Position numbers and translations under genes: made by a program
The notes under the pieces: model-generated
What the model was told of the DNA's origin: nothing
What the model saw: the letters and a program-made list of their open reading frames with translations, nothing else
Database searches by the model: none
Source: Flavobacteriales bacterium
GTDB lineage: Bacteria > Bacteroidota > Bacteroidia > Flavobacteriales > Flavobacteriaceae
Direction: 5' to 3'
Assembly: GCA_011525195.1 (NCBI GenBank)
Contig: WTIP01000056.1
Location: 1 to 47,222, forward strand
Length of the DNA: 47,222 nucleotides
Shown here: piece after piece, positions 36,627 through 46,900 of the stretch
Numbering within the stretch: position 1 is the first letter of the stretch
How the letters are laid out: each line of letters begins with the position of its first letter

Positions 36627-39284
36627 TTAGAGTGATTTCTTTACAGCAACTTCTTGGAAACATTCCAGTACATCTCCTACTTTAATGTCGTTGTAGTTTT
36701 TTACCTGGAGTCCGCAATCGTATCCTTTTGAAACCTCTTTCACATCGTCTTTAAAACGCTTGAGCGATACCAGCTCCCCTGTAAAAATCACAACACCCTC
36801 ACGGATAATTCGAATCCCTGAGTTTCTAAAGATTTTGCCATTGGTAACCATACAGCCTGCAATCGTTCCGATTTTTGATATTTTGAAGGTTTCTCTTATT
36901 TCAGCATTTCCTGTAATTTCCTCTTTCATTTCAGGTGAAAGCATTCCTTCCATTGCATCTTTAACATCATTTATAGCGTCATAGATAATTGAATAAGATC
37001 GGATATCAATTTCTTCTTTGTCTGCAATAGCGCGTGCATTGCCCATAGGACGTACATTAAAGCCAATAACGATTGCGTCAGAAGCTGAGGCCAATAGCAC
37101 ATCAGATTCTGTAATCGCTCCAACTCCTTTATGGACAATATTGACTTCAATTTCTCCTGTAGATAACTTTTGTAATGAGTCTGTAAGTGCTTCTACAGAA
37201 CCATCTACATCTCCTTTAAGAATAATGTTTAATTCTTTAAATTCTCCTAAGGCAATGCGCCTTCCAATTTCATCGAGTGTAATATGGCGTTGTGTCCTTA
37301 CACTTTGCTCTCTTAAAAGTTGCGTCCTTTTAGCAGCAATCTGTTTGGCTTCTCTTTCATCTTCGAGTACATAAAAAGTGTCCCCCGCTTGAGGTGCTCC
37401 ATCTAGTCCTAGAATAGATACAGGCGTTGAAGGAGGGGCCTCTTTGAGATTTACTCCCCGTTCATTAAAAATGGCTTTCACTTTTCCGCTTTGTTTTCCT
37501 GCCAAGAGATAATCTCCCATCTTAAGAGTCCCATTCTGTATCAGTATCGTAGAAACATACCCCCGCCCTTTATCTAAAAAGGCTTCAACTACTGTCCCTT
37601 TAGCAGCTCTACTGGGATTTGCTTTAAGTTCAAGAAGCTCTGCTTCAAGTAATACTTTTTCTAAAAGTTCATTGACTCCTGTTCCTTTTAAAGCTGAAAT
37701 ATCGTGGGATTGGACTTTTCCTCCCCAATCTTCAACCATCAGATTCATACCCGCTAAAGCTTCTTTTATTTTATCGGGATTTGCATTCTCTTTATCTATT
37801 TTATTAATCGCAAAAACAATTGGGACTCCTGCAGCTTGGGCATGGCTTATCGCTTCTTTGGTCTGCGGCATAATGTTATCATCTGCGGCGATAACGATAA
37901 TTGCAATATCTGTGACTTGGGCCCCTCTGGCTCTCATGGCTGTAAATGCCTCATGACCAGGGGTATCTAAAAAAGTAATTTTTTGGCCATTCTCTAAGGT
38001 CACTCCATAAGCACCAATGTGTTGGGTGATTCCTCCAGACTCTCCAGCAATTACATTTTCTTCTCTTATATAGTCTAAGAGAGAGGTTTTTCCGTGATCG
38101 ACATGTCCCATTACAGTAACAATCGGAGCTCTAGGCTTTAAGTCTGCTTCTGAATCTGCTTCTTCCTTTATATTTTCTTCTAGTTCTGCTTTCTCAAAAG
38201 TTACCTCATAGCCAAATTCATCTGCAACTATACTTAAAGTTTCGGCATCTAAACGTTGATTCATTGTAACCATAATGCCTAAACTCATACAAGTGGAGAT
38301 GATATCGGTAGAAGTGATATTCATCATGGTGGCGATTTCCCCAACGGTAATAAATTCCGTTACACGTAATACTTTACTTTCCGCTTCAATTTGCGCCAAT
38401 TCTTCTTCTGACTTTTGACGGTGCTGGACTCTTTTGTCCCTTCTGTATTTTGCCCCTTTTGATTTAGAAGATTTCCCTTGTAGCTTTTCTAGTGTCTCGC
38501 GTATTTGCTTTTGCACTTCCTCCTCTGAAGGCTCCTCTTTTTTTATAGTAGGGGGTGCATTTCGCTTTGGCTTATGAGTGCTTTGCGTCGTATTGTTTTT
38601 CTGTGAAGAGGGTTTTACATCTTTACTAATGCGTTTACGTTTGCGTTTACGCGCTTCTTCTACTGTTTTTTCCTTTTTGTTTACTTCTTCTAGATTGATA
38701 GTCTGACCTGTTTTCTTGGGTCCAGTAAGTTTAGTATATTGGGTTTGAAGCGTCTCATTTTCTTCCTTACCTTCCTCCGAAGCAGTGTCAGGGGGTGAAA
38801 CTACAGTTACTTCTGAATCGGGAGAAGGAGATTGCTCTTCTTGTTGCTCCGTTGAACTTGATGGTTCTTCTGTAGGTGGCTCAACAGCTGGCTGAACCTC
38901 TTCTTTTTTTGCGGCCGGTCTATTGAGCGACTCTAAGTCTATTTTGCCCAATGTTTTGGGTTTTTCTAAGGCTACTTTATTTGTTTTTAGTGCCTCTCTC
39001 TGTGCAAATTGTTCTTGGCGTTCCTGTTCCTTTTTCTCCTGAATAATTCGAAGTGTTTCTTTTTCCTTTCGTTTCTCTTCACTTACTTCATGAGAAGCTA
39101 CTTTTTTAGATTTATCTGTCTCAAATTCATCTAAAAGAGTAGTGTAAACCTCTGTAGAAATTTTTGTTGTGGGACGCGCATCGATTTCGATTCCCTTTTG
39201 ATTCAGAAATTCAACAGCACGATCAAGGGAAATATTGAGTTCCCTTAATACTTTATTGAGTCGAATACTGGGTTGGTCTGCCAT
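36627..39284 (-). CDS. infB: translation initiation factor IF-2
   Basis: G-domain motifs [20 protein letters not shown] and NKID, plus an E/K/P/S-rich N-region. The track start at 39338 is TTG and overlaps nusA; ATG at 39284 ([20 protein letters not shown]) is preferred. Confidence 0.95.
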   Translation of the reverse strand: MADQPSIRLNKVLRELNISLDRAVEFLNQKGIEIDARPTTKISTEVYTTLLDEFETDKSKKVASHEVSEEKRKEKETLRIIQEKKEQERQEQFAQREALKTNKVALEKPKTLGKIDLESLNRPAAKKEEVQPAVEPPTEEPSSSTEQQEEQSPSPDSEVTVVSPPDTASEEGKEENETLQTQYTKLTGPKKTGQTINLEEVNKKEKTVEEARKRKRKRISKDVKPSSQKNNTTQSTHKPKRNAPPTIKKEEPSEEEVQKQIRETLEKLQGKSSKSKGAKYRRDKRVQHRQKSEEELAQIEAESKVLRVTEFITVGEIATMMNITSTDIISTCMSLGIMVTMNQRLDAETLSIVADEFGYEVTFEKAELEENIKEEADSEADLKPRAPIVTVMGHVDHGKTSLLDYIREENVIAGESGGITQHIGAYGVTLENGQKITFLDTPGHEAFTAMRARGAQVTDIAIIVIAADDNIMPQTKEAISHAQAAGVPIVFAINKIDKENANPDKIKEALAGMNLMVEDWGGKVQSHDISALKGTGVNELLEKVLLEAELLELKANPSRAAKGTVVEAFLDKGRGYVSTILIQNGTLKMGDYLLAGKQSGKVKAIFNERGVNLKEAPPSTPVSILGLDGAPQAGDTFYVLEDEREAKQIAAKRTQLLREQSVRTQRHITLDEIGRRIALGEFKELNIILKGDVDGSVEALTDSLQKLSTGEIEVNIVHKGVGAITESDVLLASASDAIVIGFNVRPMGNARAIADKEEIDIRSYSIIYDAINDVKDAMEGMLSPEMKEEITGNAEIRETFKISKIGTIAGCMVTNGKIFRNSGIRIIREGVVIFTGELVSLKRFKDDVKEVSKGYDCGLQVKNYNDIKVGDVLECFQEVAVKKSL

Positions 39285-39327
39285 ATAATTGTTTCTGTTT
39301 GTAAAAATAGGAATTATTTTCTCCCTT

Positions 39328-40560
39328 CTATTCTTCAAATTCTGCTTTCAGGATTTCCAGCACTTCTTGAACAGTTTCTTCTTCAAGATCGGTACGCTTG
39401 ATTAAGTCTGATTTATCTAACTCTAAAATACTTTTTGCTGTATCCAATCCAACTTTTTTGAATTCATCTATAATCCACTGTTCGATTTCATCGCTAAATT
39501 CTTTTAATTCGATGTCTTCTTCCACGCCTTCTCTAAAGACATCAATTTCATAGCCTGTTAATTTTCCTGCTAAACGGATATTAGTTCCTCCTTTTCCTAT
39601 CGCTTTTGATACCTCTTCGGGGTTAAGGATGACTTCAACTCGCTTATTTTCTTCATCGATTTTGAGTGAATTTACTTTAGCGGGGCTTAAGGCTCTAGAA
39701 ATAAATAACTGAAGGTTATTGGTGTAGTTTATCACATCAATATTTTCATTTCCTAATTCGCGCACAATACCATGTATACGCGATCCTTTCATCCCTACAC
39801 AAGCGCCTACAGGATCAATTCGATCATCATAAGAGTCTACCGCTACTTTCGCTTTTTCACCTGGAATTCTAACCGCCTTTTTAATGGTTATTAGACCATC
39901 AAATACTTCCGGTATTTCTTGCTCAAATAATTTCTCTAGAAAGATCGGCGAGGTACGTGATAATATAATTCGAGGTTTATTGCCTCTTAATTCAACAGAC
40001 TCAATAATCCCTCTTACATTATCTCCTTTTCTAAAGAAATCACTGGGAATTTGTCTGTCTTTGGGTAAAATGATTTCATTTCCGTCGTCATCCAAAAGGA
40101 TAATTTCACGGTTTCGAATATGATGTACTTCAGCAGTAAAGAGATCTCCCTCACGGTCTTTGAATTGCTTAAAGATATTGGTACTGTCATGTTCGAAAAT
40201 TTTGGCTACCAAATTTTGTCGTAAGTACTGTATAGATCGTCGTCCTAAGTCAACGAGTTTAACTTCCTCTGAAACGTCTTCTCCTACCTCAAAATCAGGT
40301 TCAATTTTGCGCGCCTCAGACAGCGCAATTTCTTGATTTTCATCTTGGACATTTCCATCTTCAACAACGATTCGGTTTCTCCAAATCTCTAAATCTCCTT
40401 TATCTGGATTGATGATGATATCAAAATTTTCATCTGATCCAAATTTGCGTTGAAGCGTGTTTTTAAATACATCTTCAAGAATAACCATCAGTGTTACCCG
40501 ATCAATGAGTTTATCATCTTTAAACTCTGAAAAAGAATCAATTAAAGCTAAATTTTCCAT
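39328..40560 (-). CDS. nusA: transcription termination/antitermination factor NusA
   Basis: 410 aa with an N-terminal RNAP-binding domain, an S1 region ([12 protein letters not shown]) and KH domains ([12 protein letters not shown]; [12 protein letters not shown]). It sits in the conserved rimP-nusA-infB order. Confidence 0.93.
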   Translation of the reverse strand: MENLALIDSFSEFKDDKLIDRVTLMVILEDVFKNTLQRKFGSDENFDIIINPDKGDLEIWRNRIVVEDGNVQDENQEIALSEARKIEPDFEVGEDVSEEVKLVDLGRRSIQYLRQNLVAKIFEHDSTNIFKQFKDREGDLFTAEVHHIRNREIILLDDDGNEIILPKDRQIPSDFFRKGDNVRGIIESVELRGNKPRIILSRTSPIFLEKLFEQEIPEVFDGLITIKKAVRIPGEKAKVAVDSYDDRIDPVGACVGMKGSRIHGIVRELGNENIDVINYTNNLQLFISRALSPAKVNSLKIDEENKRVEVILNPEEVSKAIGKGGTNIRLAGKLTGYEIDVFREGVEEDIELKEFSDEIEQWIIDEFKKVGLDTAKSILELDKSDLIKRTDLEEETVQEVLEILKAEFEE

Positions 40561-40573
40561 ATTCCAATACTAA

Positions 40574-41038
40574 TTAGTTAACTAAAACCTTCGCACTTTT
40601 TATTTCTTGATACGAAAGTATTTCTTTTTTGATTACCGTTTGTTTTCCTTTGCCTACAGGCTTGGGTTCTCTTTGTTTCCATTCAAGGGTAAAATCCGTT
40701 TCGGTTGCTGCCGTCAAAACCCCTTCTAGGGTGGGTTCTGAGTCGCGTTCCACACGAAGTTTTCGCCCTATATTTTTTGTATACTGCCTTCTGTTTTGGA
40801 GTGGATTTCCCACTCCTGCAGAAGCAACTTCTAAAGAAAAATCTTCTGTTTCTCGATCTAAATTATGCTCGATAGACCGACTTATTTCGATGCAGGTCTT
40901 CAGATTTACACCCTGATCACCGTCGAGGAGGATGCGGATGTGGTGGTCCGAAGAAATCATGCATTCAATTAAAAACAAATCCGTTCTGTCCCGCAAAGCG
41001 GCTTCAATCAGATCGTTAATTTTATCTTCAAATGTCAT
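40574..41038 (-). CDS. rimP: ribosome maturation factor RimP
   Basis: 154 aa located immediately upstream of nusA, with a RimP-like sequence (LEVASAGVGNPL). Confidence 0.85.
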   Translation of the reverse strand: MTFEDKINDLIEAALRDRTDLFLIECMISSDHHIRILLDGDQGVNLKTCIEISRSIEHNLDRETEDFSLEVASAGVGNPLQNRRQYTKNIGRKLRVERDSEPTLEGVLTAATETDFTLEWKQREPKPVGKGKQTVIKKEILSYQEIKSAKVLVN

Positions 41039-41040
41039 CT

Positions 41041-41067
41041 AAAAAAAAAGGGGACTTAATCGTCTCC
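41041..41067 (-). terminator. weak hairpin + U9 in the rimP-nusA-infB leader (candidate attenuator)
   Basis: Minus-strand RNA is GGAGAC-GAUUAA-GUCCCC (6-bp stem with one A-C mismatch), followed by U9 (41049-41041), then AG and the AUG of rimP. Confidence 0.35.
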
Positions 41068-41092
41068 TCTGTTTTTGTTAGCAGAATGTGTG

Positions 41093-41100
41093 CAAATATA
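41093..41100 (-). promoter_or_regulatory. candidate -7 box TATATTTG for rimP-nusA-infB
   Basis: Plus-strand caaatata reads TATATTTG (a perfect TAnnTTTG) on the minus strand, 54 nt upstream of the rimP ATG. Confidence 0.35.
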
Positions 41101-41266
41101 TAATATTTCAACGAATATGCGAAAGCGTTTGTTTTAGAAATAACCAGAAGTTTAAAGGGCCACAAATTAGCATAATAAACAATGGCGCCTAAGCGAAATT
41201 AATTCGTCCCGTATTTTCGTTCTTACTGACAGAATCATTCTTTAAAAATTTTTACTTTTAAGGGCT

Positions 41267-42397
41267 ATGAATTCAAATTCACCTCAATCAGGTTTATCTT
41301 TTTCAAAATTTATTAAAAAGGAGTTGACTCCTTTTGAACGCTTATTTGAAATTTTCAAAGAACTCATCACCCATACATCAGGGGATTTTGACGAAGCCAT
41401 TGAATGGCTCAGAGCACTCGATAAAGAGTATCAACTTACTGATGAGGAATATACAATAGATGATTTTATTGAAGACCTCAAACAAAAAAATTACATCCGA
41501 CCCAAACCTCAACAGGGAGGAAATGGACAGGGAGAAGGCTATGCATTAACTCCCAAAACAGAAAAGTTATTACGTGAATATGCACTTAAGCAAATCTTTG
41601 GCAACCTAAAAAAAACTTCGGCGGGGAATCACAAAACTAAAAATTCAGGTATTGGACAAGAATTTACTGGAGAATTTAAGTCGTATCAGTTTGGTGATCC
41701 GCTTGAAAAAATTGCAATGACTGAAAGTCTAAAAAATGCACAGATCAGAAGTCTAGACAGTGACTTTACTTTACAGGACCAAGACTTGGTAGTGGAAGAT
41801 GCCTTTTTTAAAACACAAATGAGCACAGTACTCATGATAGACATCAGTCACAGTATGATTTTATACGGTGAAGACCGAATTACTCCAGCAAAAAAAGTGG
41901 CCATGGCCTTAGCAGAACTTATCACTACCCGCTACCCTAAAGATACGCTTGACATTCTTGTATTTGGAAATGATGCCAGACAAATTCCGCTTAAAGACCT
42001 CCCTTATTTAGAAGTAGGGCCCTATCATACCAATACCGTAGCTGGCCTCGAACTGGCGATGGACCTTCTGAGGCGAAAGAAAAATACGAATAAGCAAATT
42101 TTTATGATTACTGACGGAAAGCCAAGTTGCTTAAAACTTCCAGACGGTAGTTATTATAAAAACAGCGTAGGGCTAGACGAAGGTATCGTAGAAAAATGCT
42201 ATACCATGGCACGTAGAGCCAGAAAGCTACACATCCCTATCACAACCTTTATGATCGCACAAGATCCCTACTTACAGCAATTTATAAGAACATTTACAGA
42301 AGCCAACCAAGGAAAGGCATTTTTTACTGGACTTAAAGGTTTAGGAGAAATGATTTTTGAAGACTATGAAAAAAACAGAAAAAAACGCTTAGAATAA
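41267..42397 (+). CDS. von Willebrand factor A (VWA) domain protein with N-terminal helical region
   Basis: 376 aa. The MIDAS motif is intact: DISHS (DxSxS), a downstream Thr (YHTNT) and Asp (MITDGKPS). The alpha/beta VWA pattern fills the C-terminal ~190 aa. It lies 6 nt upstream of the ATPase gene. Confidence 0.8.
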   Translation: MNSNSPQSGLSFSKFIKKELTPFERLFEIFKELITHTSGDFDEAIEWLRALDKEYQLTDEEYTIDDFIEDLKQKNYIRPKPQQGGNGQGEGYALTPKTEKLLREYALKQIFGNLKKTSAGNHKTKNSGIGQEFTGEFKSYQFGDPLEKIAMTESLKNAQIRSLDSDFTLQDQDLVVEDAFFKTQMSTVLMIDISHSMILYGEDRITPAKKVAMALAELITTRYPKDTLDILVFGNDARQIPLKDLPYLEVGPYHTNTVAGLELAMDLLRRKKNTNKQIFMITDGKPSCLKLPDGSYYKNSVGLDEGIVEKCYTMARRARKLHIPITTFMIAQDPYLQQFIRTFTEANQGKAFFTGLKGLGEMIFEDYEKNRKKRLE

Positions 42398-42403
42398 AAT
42401 GCA

Positions 42404-43867
42404 ATGAAAAGAGAAAAAATCAAAACTTTAGGCGCGTTAGTCCAAGCCGGATACCAATCCAAAACCATACAGCAAGAACTCGCTGATAACCTAAAAGAAC
42501 AATTAAAAAAAGGGATTCCAAGTTTTGAAGGGCTTATTGGTTATGAAAATACAGTGATTCCAGATGTTGAACGTGCCATACTTTCCGGGCATAATATTAA
42601 TTTATTAGGGCTGAGGGGTCAAGCAAAAACGCGACTTGCAAGACAATTAACCCATTTATTAAATGAATGGGTTCCCGTTGTGGAAGGCTCTGAAATAAAT
42701 GACGATCCCTTAGAACCAATCAGTAGAGAAGCCAAAGCCCTAATAGCGAAAAAAGGAAATGCTACTCCCGTTAGTTGGTTACACCGAAGTGAGCGTTTTT
42801 ATGAAAAACTCGCCACGCCAGATGTTACCGTAGCTGACCTAATCGGAGATGTAGATCCAATCAAAGCGGCGAACCTCAAATTGTCTTATGCAGATGAACG
42901 GGTAATTCACTTCGGGATGATTCCCCGAGCACATCGCTGTATTTTTGTTCTTAATGAACTCCCCGACTTGCAAGCGAGAATCCAAGTTGCACTCTTCTCT
43001 ATCCTCCAGGAAAAAGAAATACAGATAAGAGGATTTAAACTGCGCTTTCCTGTACAACCTTTATTAATTTTTACTGCCAATCCTGAGGACTATACCAACA
43101 GAGGGAGTATTGTGACCCCACTAAAAGATAGAATTGGCTCACAAATTCTTACGCATTATCCGCATACCCGAGAGATTGCAAAACAAATTACAAAACAAGA
43201 AGCCCACGCTGCTGAAGCACAAGCTTCTGATATTTATATCCCTGAATTGGCGCGAGATATCTTGGAACAAATTAGCTTTGAGGCTAGAAAAAGCGATTAT
43301 GTAGATGGAAAAAGTGGAGTAAGTACCCGTATGAGTATCACTGCTTTCGAAAACTTAATCTCTACGGCAAAAAGAAGAATACTCATCAGCGGTGAATCAA
43401 AAACAAGCCTGAGAATGGCTGACTTCTTGGGGATCATTTCTGCATTAAATGGTAAAATCGAACTCGTCTATGAAGGAGAGCAAGAAGGGGCAGCGCAAAT
43501 TTCCTATCACTTGATAACCCAGGCTGTCAAAACCTTATTCTCAGACTTTTTCCCTGAAATAAAAAAACTAGAAAAACCTGATGAAGTTGGTCCTTATGAC
43601 GAATTATTAGGCTGGTTTTTTAAAGACAATGAACTCTTTTTGGGTGATACATTAAAAGACAAAGAGTATAAACTCCTTTTAGATGGACTTCCAGGAATTA
43701 ATGCGCTCATGACACAATATCAACCTAAGTGTAAAGCGGAAGACCGATATTTCTATATTGAATTTTTATTATGGGGATTAGAAGCTTATAAGAAGCTGAA
43801 TAAATACAGAACACTTGAGGGATTTCAGTTTAAAGACTCCCTTGGCAGTTATATCAGTAAGCTGTAA
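42404..43867 (+). CDS. ChlI/BchI-like (Mg-chelatase-type) AAA+ ATPase with C-terminal extension
   Basis: 487 aa. P-loop-like GLRGQAKT, Walker-B-like IFVLNELPD, ChlI-type insertion ATPDVTVADLIGDVDP, sensor/Arg-finger-like TPLKDRIG, and about 200 aa of extra C-terminal sequence. Confidence 0.72.
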   Translation: MKREKIKTLGALVQAGYQSKTIQQELADNLKEQLKKGIPSFEGLIGYENTVIPDVERAILSGHNINLLGLRGQAKTRLARQLTHLLNEWVPVVEGSEINDDPLEPISREAKALIAKKGNATPVSWLHRSERFYEKLATPDVTVADLIGDVDPIKAANLKLSYADERVIHFGMIPRAHRCIFVLNELPDLQARIQVALFSILQEKEIQIRGFKLRFPVQPLLIFTANPEDYTNRGSIVTPLKDRIGSQILTHYPHTREIAKQITKQEAHAAEAQASDIYIPELARDILEQISFEARKSDYVDGKSGVSTRMSITAFENLISTAKRRILISGESKTSLRMADFLGIISALNGKIELVYEGEQEGAAQISYHLITQAVKTLFSDFFPEIKKLEKPDEVGPYDELLGWFFKDNELFLGDTLKDKEYKLLLDGLPGINALMTQYQPKCKAEDRYFYIEFLLWGLEAYKKLNKYRTLEGFQFKDSLGSYISKL

Positions 43868-43874
43868 TAAAAAA

Positions 43875-43890
43875 CCCGCTTAAAAGCGGG
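43875..43890. terminator. bidirectional rho-independent terminator between convergent genes
   Basis: CCCGCT-TAAA-AGCGGG is flanked by A6 on the left and a T-rich run on the right. It therefore reads as hairpin + U-tract on both strands. Confidence 0.7.
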
Positions 43891-43907
43891 ATATTTTATT
43901 AAACGCA

Positions 43908-46900
43908 TCAGTCGAGTTCAAAATAATGAATCTCTTTAAAGTCTGATAATTGAACAGCTTCTATCTGTGTCTTTAATTCCTCCCAATGCTTTTTATAAAA
44001 AGCATTTGTCTGTTCTAGGGCGGCTTTTAAATCCGTTTGTGCGTGGGACAGTAGCTCTTCTTCTGTAGCAGTAATCCCTGAGGGTCTGGAACGTATATAG
44101 CGACTGGCACTATACAAACGTCTGACTACACTACTTTCAGGGTTTCTGACTATACCTTGGCGTTTGTCTTCTTTTCCTAAAAAAGTATCGAGGAGGCTGT
44201 CTATCTGTTTACTTCGCTTTGAAATCAAATCAAGCAATTCTTTATTCGCTTCTTTATCCTTTTTTTCTATTCTTTTTTGATAGCTGCTTATTGTCTTTTT
44301 ACTTGATTTTAATTGCTCAACAGCGGCTGTTGTATGGGCCGTAAGTGCTTCTATTTTTTTCGCATAATCATAACGCGCTGAAAGGGCCTGATCTGTAATC
44401 GCTAGGCGCGGATCTTTCTCAACAACCACCTCACTTTCTGAACTTGTATTTCCACTTTCTAATACAAGGCGGTAAGTTCCTGGTTTTACATTTACACCTC
44501 TGGGTTCTACTTTACTTTTTCGGTCACTTCTACTCGGGCTGTTTACCCCTTTTTCATTAAGCGACCAATACCACCTGTGAAAGCCTGTTTTCTCGGGTGC
44601 TTTTCTCTTAAGTGTTCTGATCTGTCTTTCACCGTCTAAAATTTTAAGTGTAAGTGAATCCTTTTTTCGCGCTTCTGTTGCCGTATAAAAATAGGTCAAC
44701 ATACTCCCCGATTTTCTATTTTCAGCATTGAAAAGAGCATCTCCTCCAAAACGTGAACCCGTGGGTTGTTGGTAGGCAGCCAAATAAGCGGTAGGAGGAT
44801 CAAATAGGTGGGACTCTTTTGTGATGAGCTCAGGATTTTGTGCAATGGCACGCAAAGGCCTGATATCATCTAGTACCCAAAGGGCTCTTCCAAATGTACC
44901 GATGACTAGGTCGTGTTCTCTGGGATGAATGACCAAATCTTTCGTCGATACTGTTGGAAAAACTTTTGCATCAAATTTAGTCCACTGAGTAGCACCATCT
45001 GTAGAGTAATACAGCCCATCATCTGTCCCTAAAAACAGAAGCTGATCGGTTTCTAGGTCTTCAACTATACTCAAGGCATAGCCAAATACATCTTTTTCGT
45101 CCACAATACGCTTCCATGTTTTTCCATAATTTGTCGTCTTAAAAACATAAGGTGCATAATTGAAGCGTCGGTAATCATTGGCTACCAATAAAGCGGTTCC
45201 TGCTTCTTTATTTGAAGCTTTAATTTGTGCAATCCAACTGCCCTGCTGAAGATCTTTTAGGTTTTTTGTTACTTCAGTCCAGCTTTTTCCTCCGTCAAGG
45301 GTAAGGTGAACCCTTCCGTCATCTGACCCTGTCCAAAGTAAGTCTTTTTGTAGTGGTGAAGGCTCAATAACCAATAATGTACAGTGGTTTTCTGCCCCTG
45401 TAGCATCTAAAGTGAGACCTCCACTTTCACTCTGTTTTTGTTTCTCTGGATCATTAGTCGTCAAGTCAGGGGAAATAACTTCCCAAGTAAGTCCTTTATC
45501 GGAGCTTTTGTGAACAAATTGACTTCCAAAATATACCGTACTATTATCAAAAGGATCTTGCCCTATGGCTGCATTCCAATTAAATCTTAAGTTGATATTA
45601 GGATCAGGATGTGTGGGGCGTACGGTATAATTATTTCCTGTTTGCCAATCATAACGCGATACATTTCCTTGCTGACTCATGGCGTATCCATAACGCGAAT
45701 CATCTCGGTCTGGGACTACATCGAATCCATCTCCAAAAGCAATCTCTTGCCAGTAGGAGTTACGAATACCTTGGGCTTTCCAAATATAAGCAGGCCCTCT
45801 CCAGGAGCCATTGTCTTGCATCCCCCCATAGACATTATAAGGAAATTCATTATCAGTACTCACGTGGTAAAACTGCCCTACGGGGATATTATCAACAAAA
45901 CGCCAAGAGGCTCCCCCATCACGCGTTATATTGAGTCCGCCGTCATTTCCGTCAATCATATAAGAACCATCTTCAGGATGTATCCACCAAGCGTGGTGGT
46001 CAGGATGCACACCATTATTTGCATTATAGGCAGGCATTAATTCTTTAAAGTTTTTACCCCCATCTTCAGAAATATTGACATAAGTGAATACTGTATACAC
46101 TCGATTTTCATTCTGAGGGTCAACAAATAGGTCTGAGTAATAAAAAGGGCGGTTTCCTATTCCCGCTTTATCATTTACTTTGATCCACTTGTCACCTCCA
46201 TCTGTAGATTTGTAAAGTGCATTTTTCTCTGATTCTACTAATGCATAAATAATATTCGGTTTATTGCGGGCAATGGCGAGTCCGATACGCCCAAGCTCTC
46301 CTTTTGGAAGCCCCTCATTAGCCGTTTTCTTTGACCAAGTTGCTCCTCCATCAATTGTGATATACAATCCACTGCCTTCACCACCTGACTTAAAAAACCA
46401 AGGGTTTCTTTTATGTTCCCACAAAGCAGCAATTAATTTATTGGGATTACTTGGGTCCATTATTAAATCTGCCGCTCCCGTAAGGGGGTTCGCATACAAT
46501 ATTTTATTCCAAGTTTTTCCACCGTCTGTCGTTTTAAAAACACCTCGCTCAGGATGAGCTCCCCAGGGGGCCCCTATAGCTGCCGCATAGACGGTATTCG
46601 GATTGCTAGGGTCAATGATAATTCTATGAATATGTCGGGTTTGTTCTAAACCCATGGCAGTCCATGTTTTGCCCGCATCTAAAGAACGGAAAATACCATA
46701 ACCTCCATTTAAACTATTTCTCGGGTTTCCTTCCCCTGTTCCCACCCAGATCACATCCGGATTGGACTGCTGTATGGCTATGGCTCCAATAGAAGCTGTG
46801 ACTTGATCTTCAAATAAAGGAGTCCATGCTACCCCTCCGCTAGAAGATTTCCATAAGCCCCCAGAGGCAGTTCCTACATAGATGATATCTCGCTTATTAT

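Noticed and set aside
45609-46040. 143-aa and 107-aa plus-strand ORFs, plus 46264-46557, inside the BNR-repeat gene
   Set aside because: They are antisense to a gene with ten in-frame Asp-box motifs. They are mutually overlapping frames and therefore not credible.
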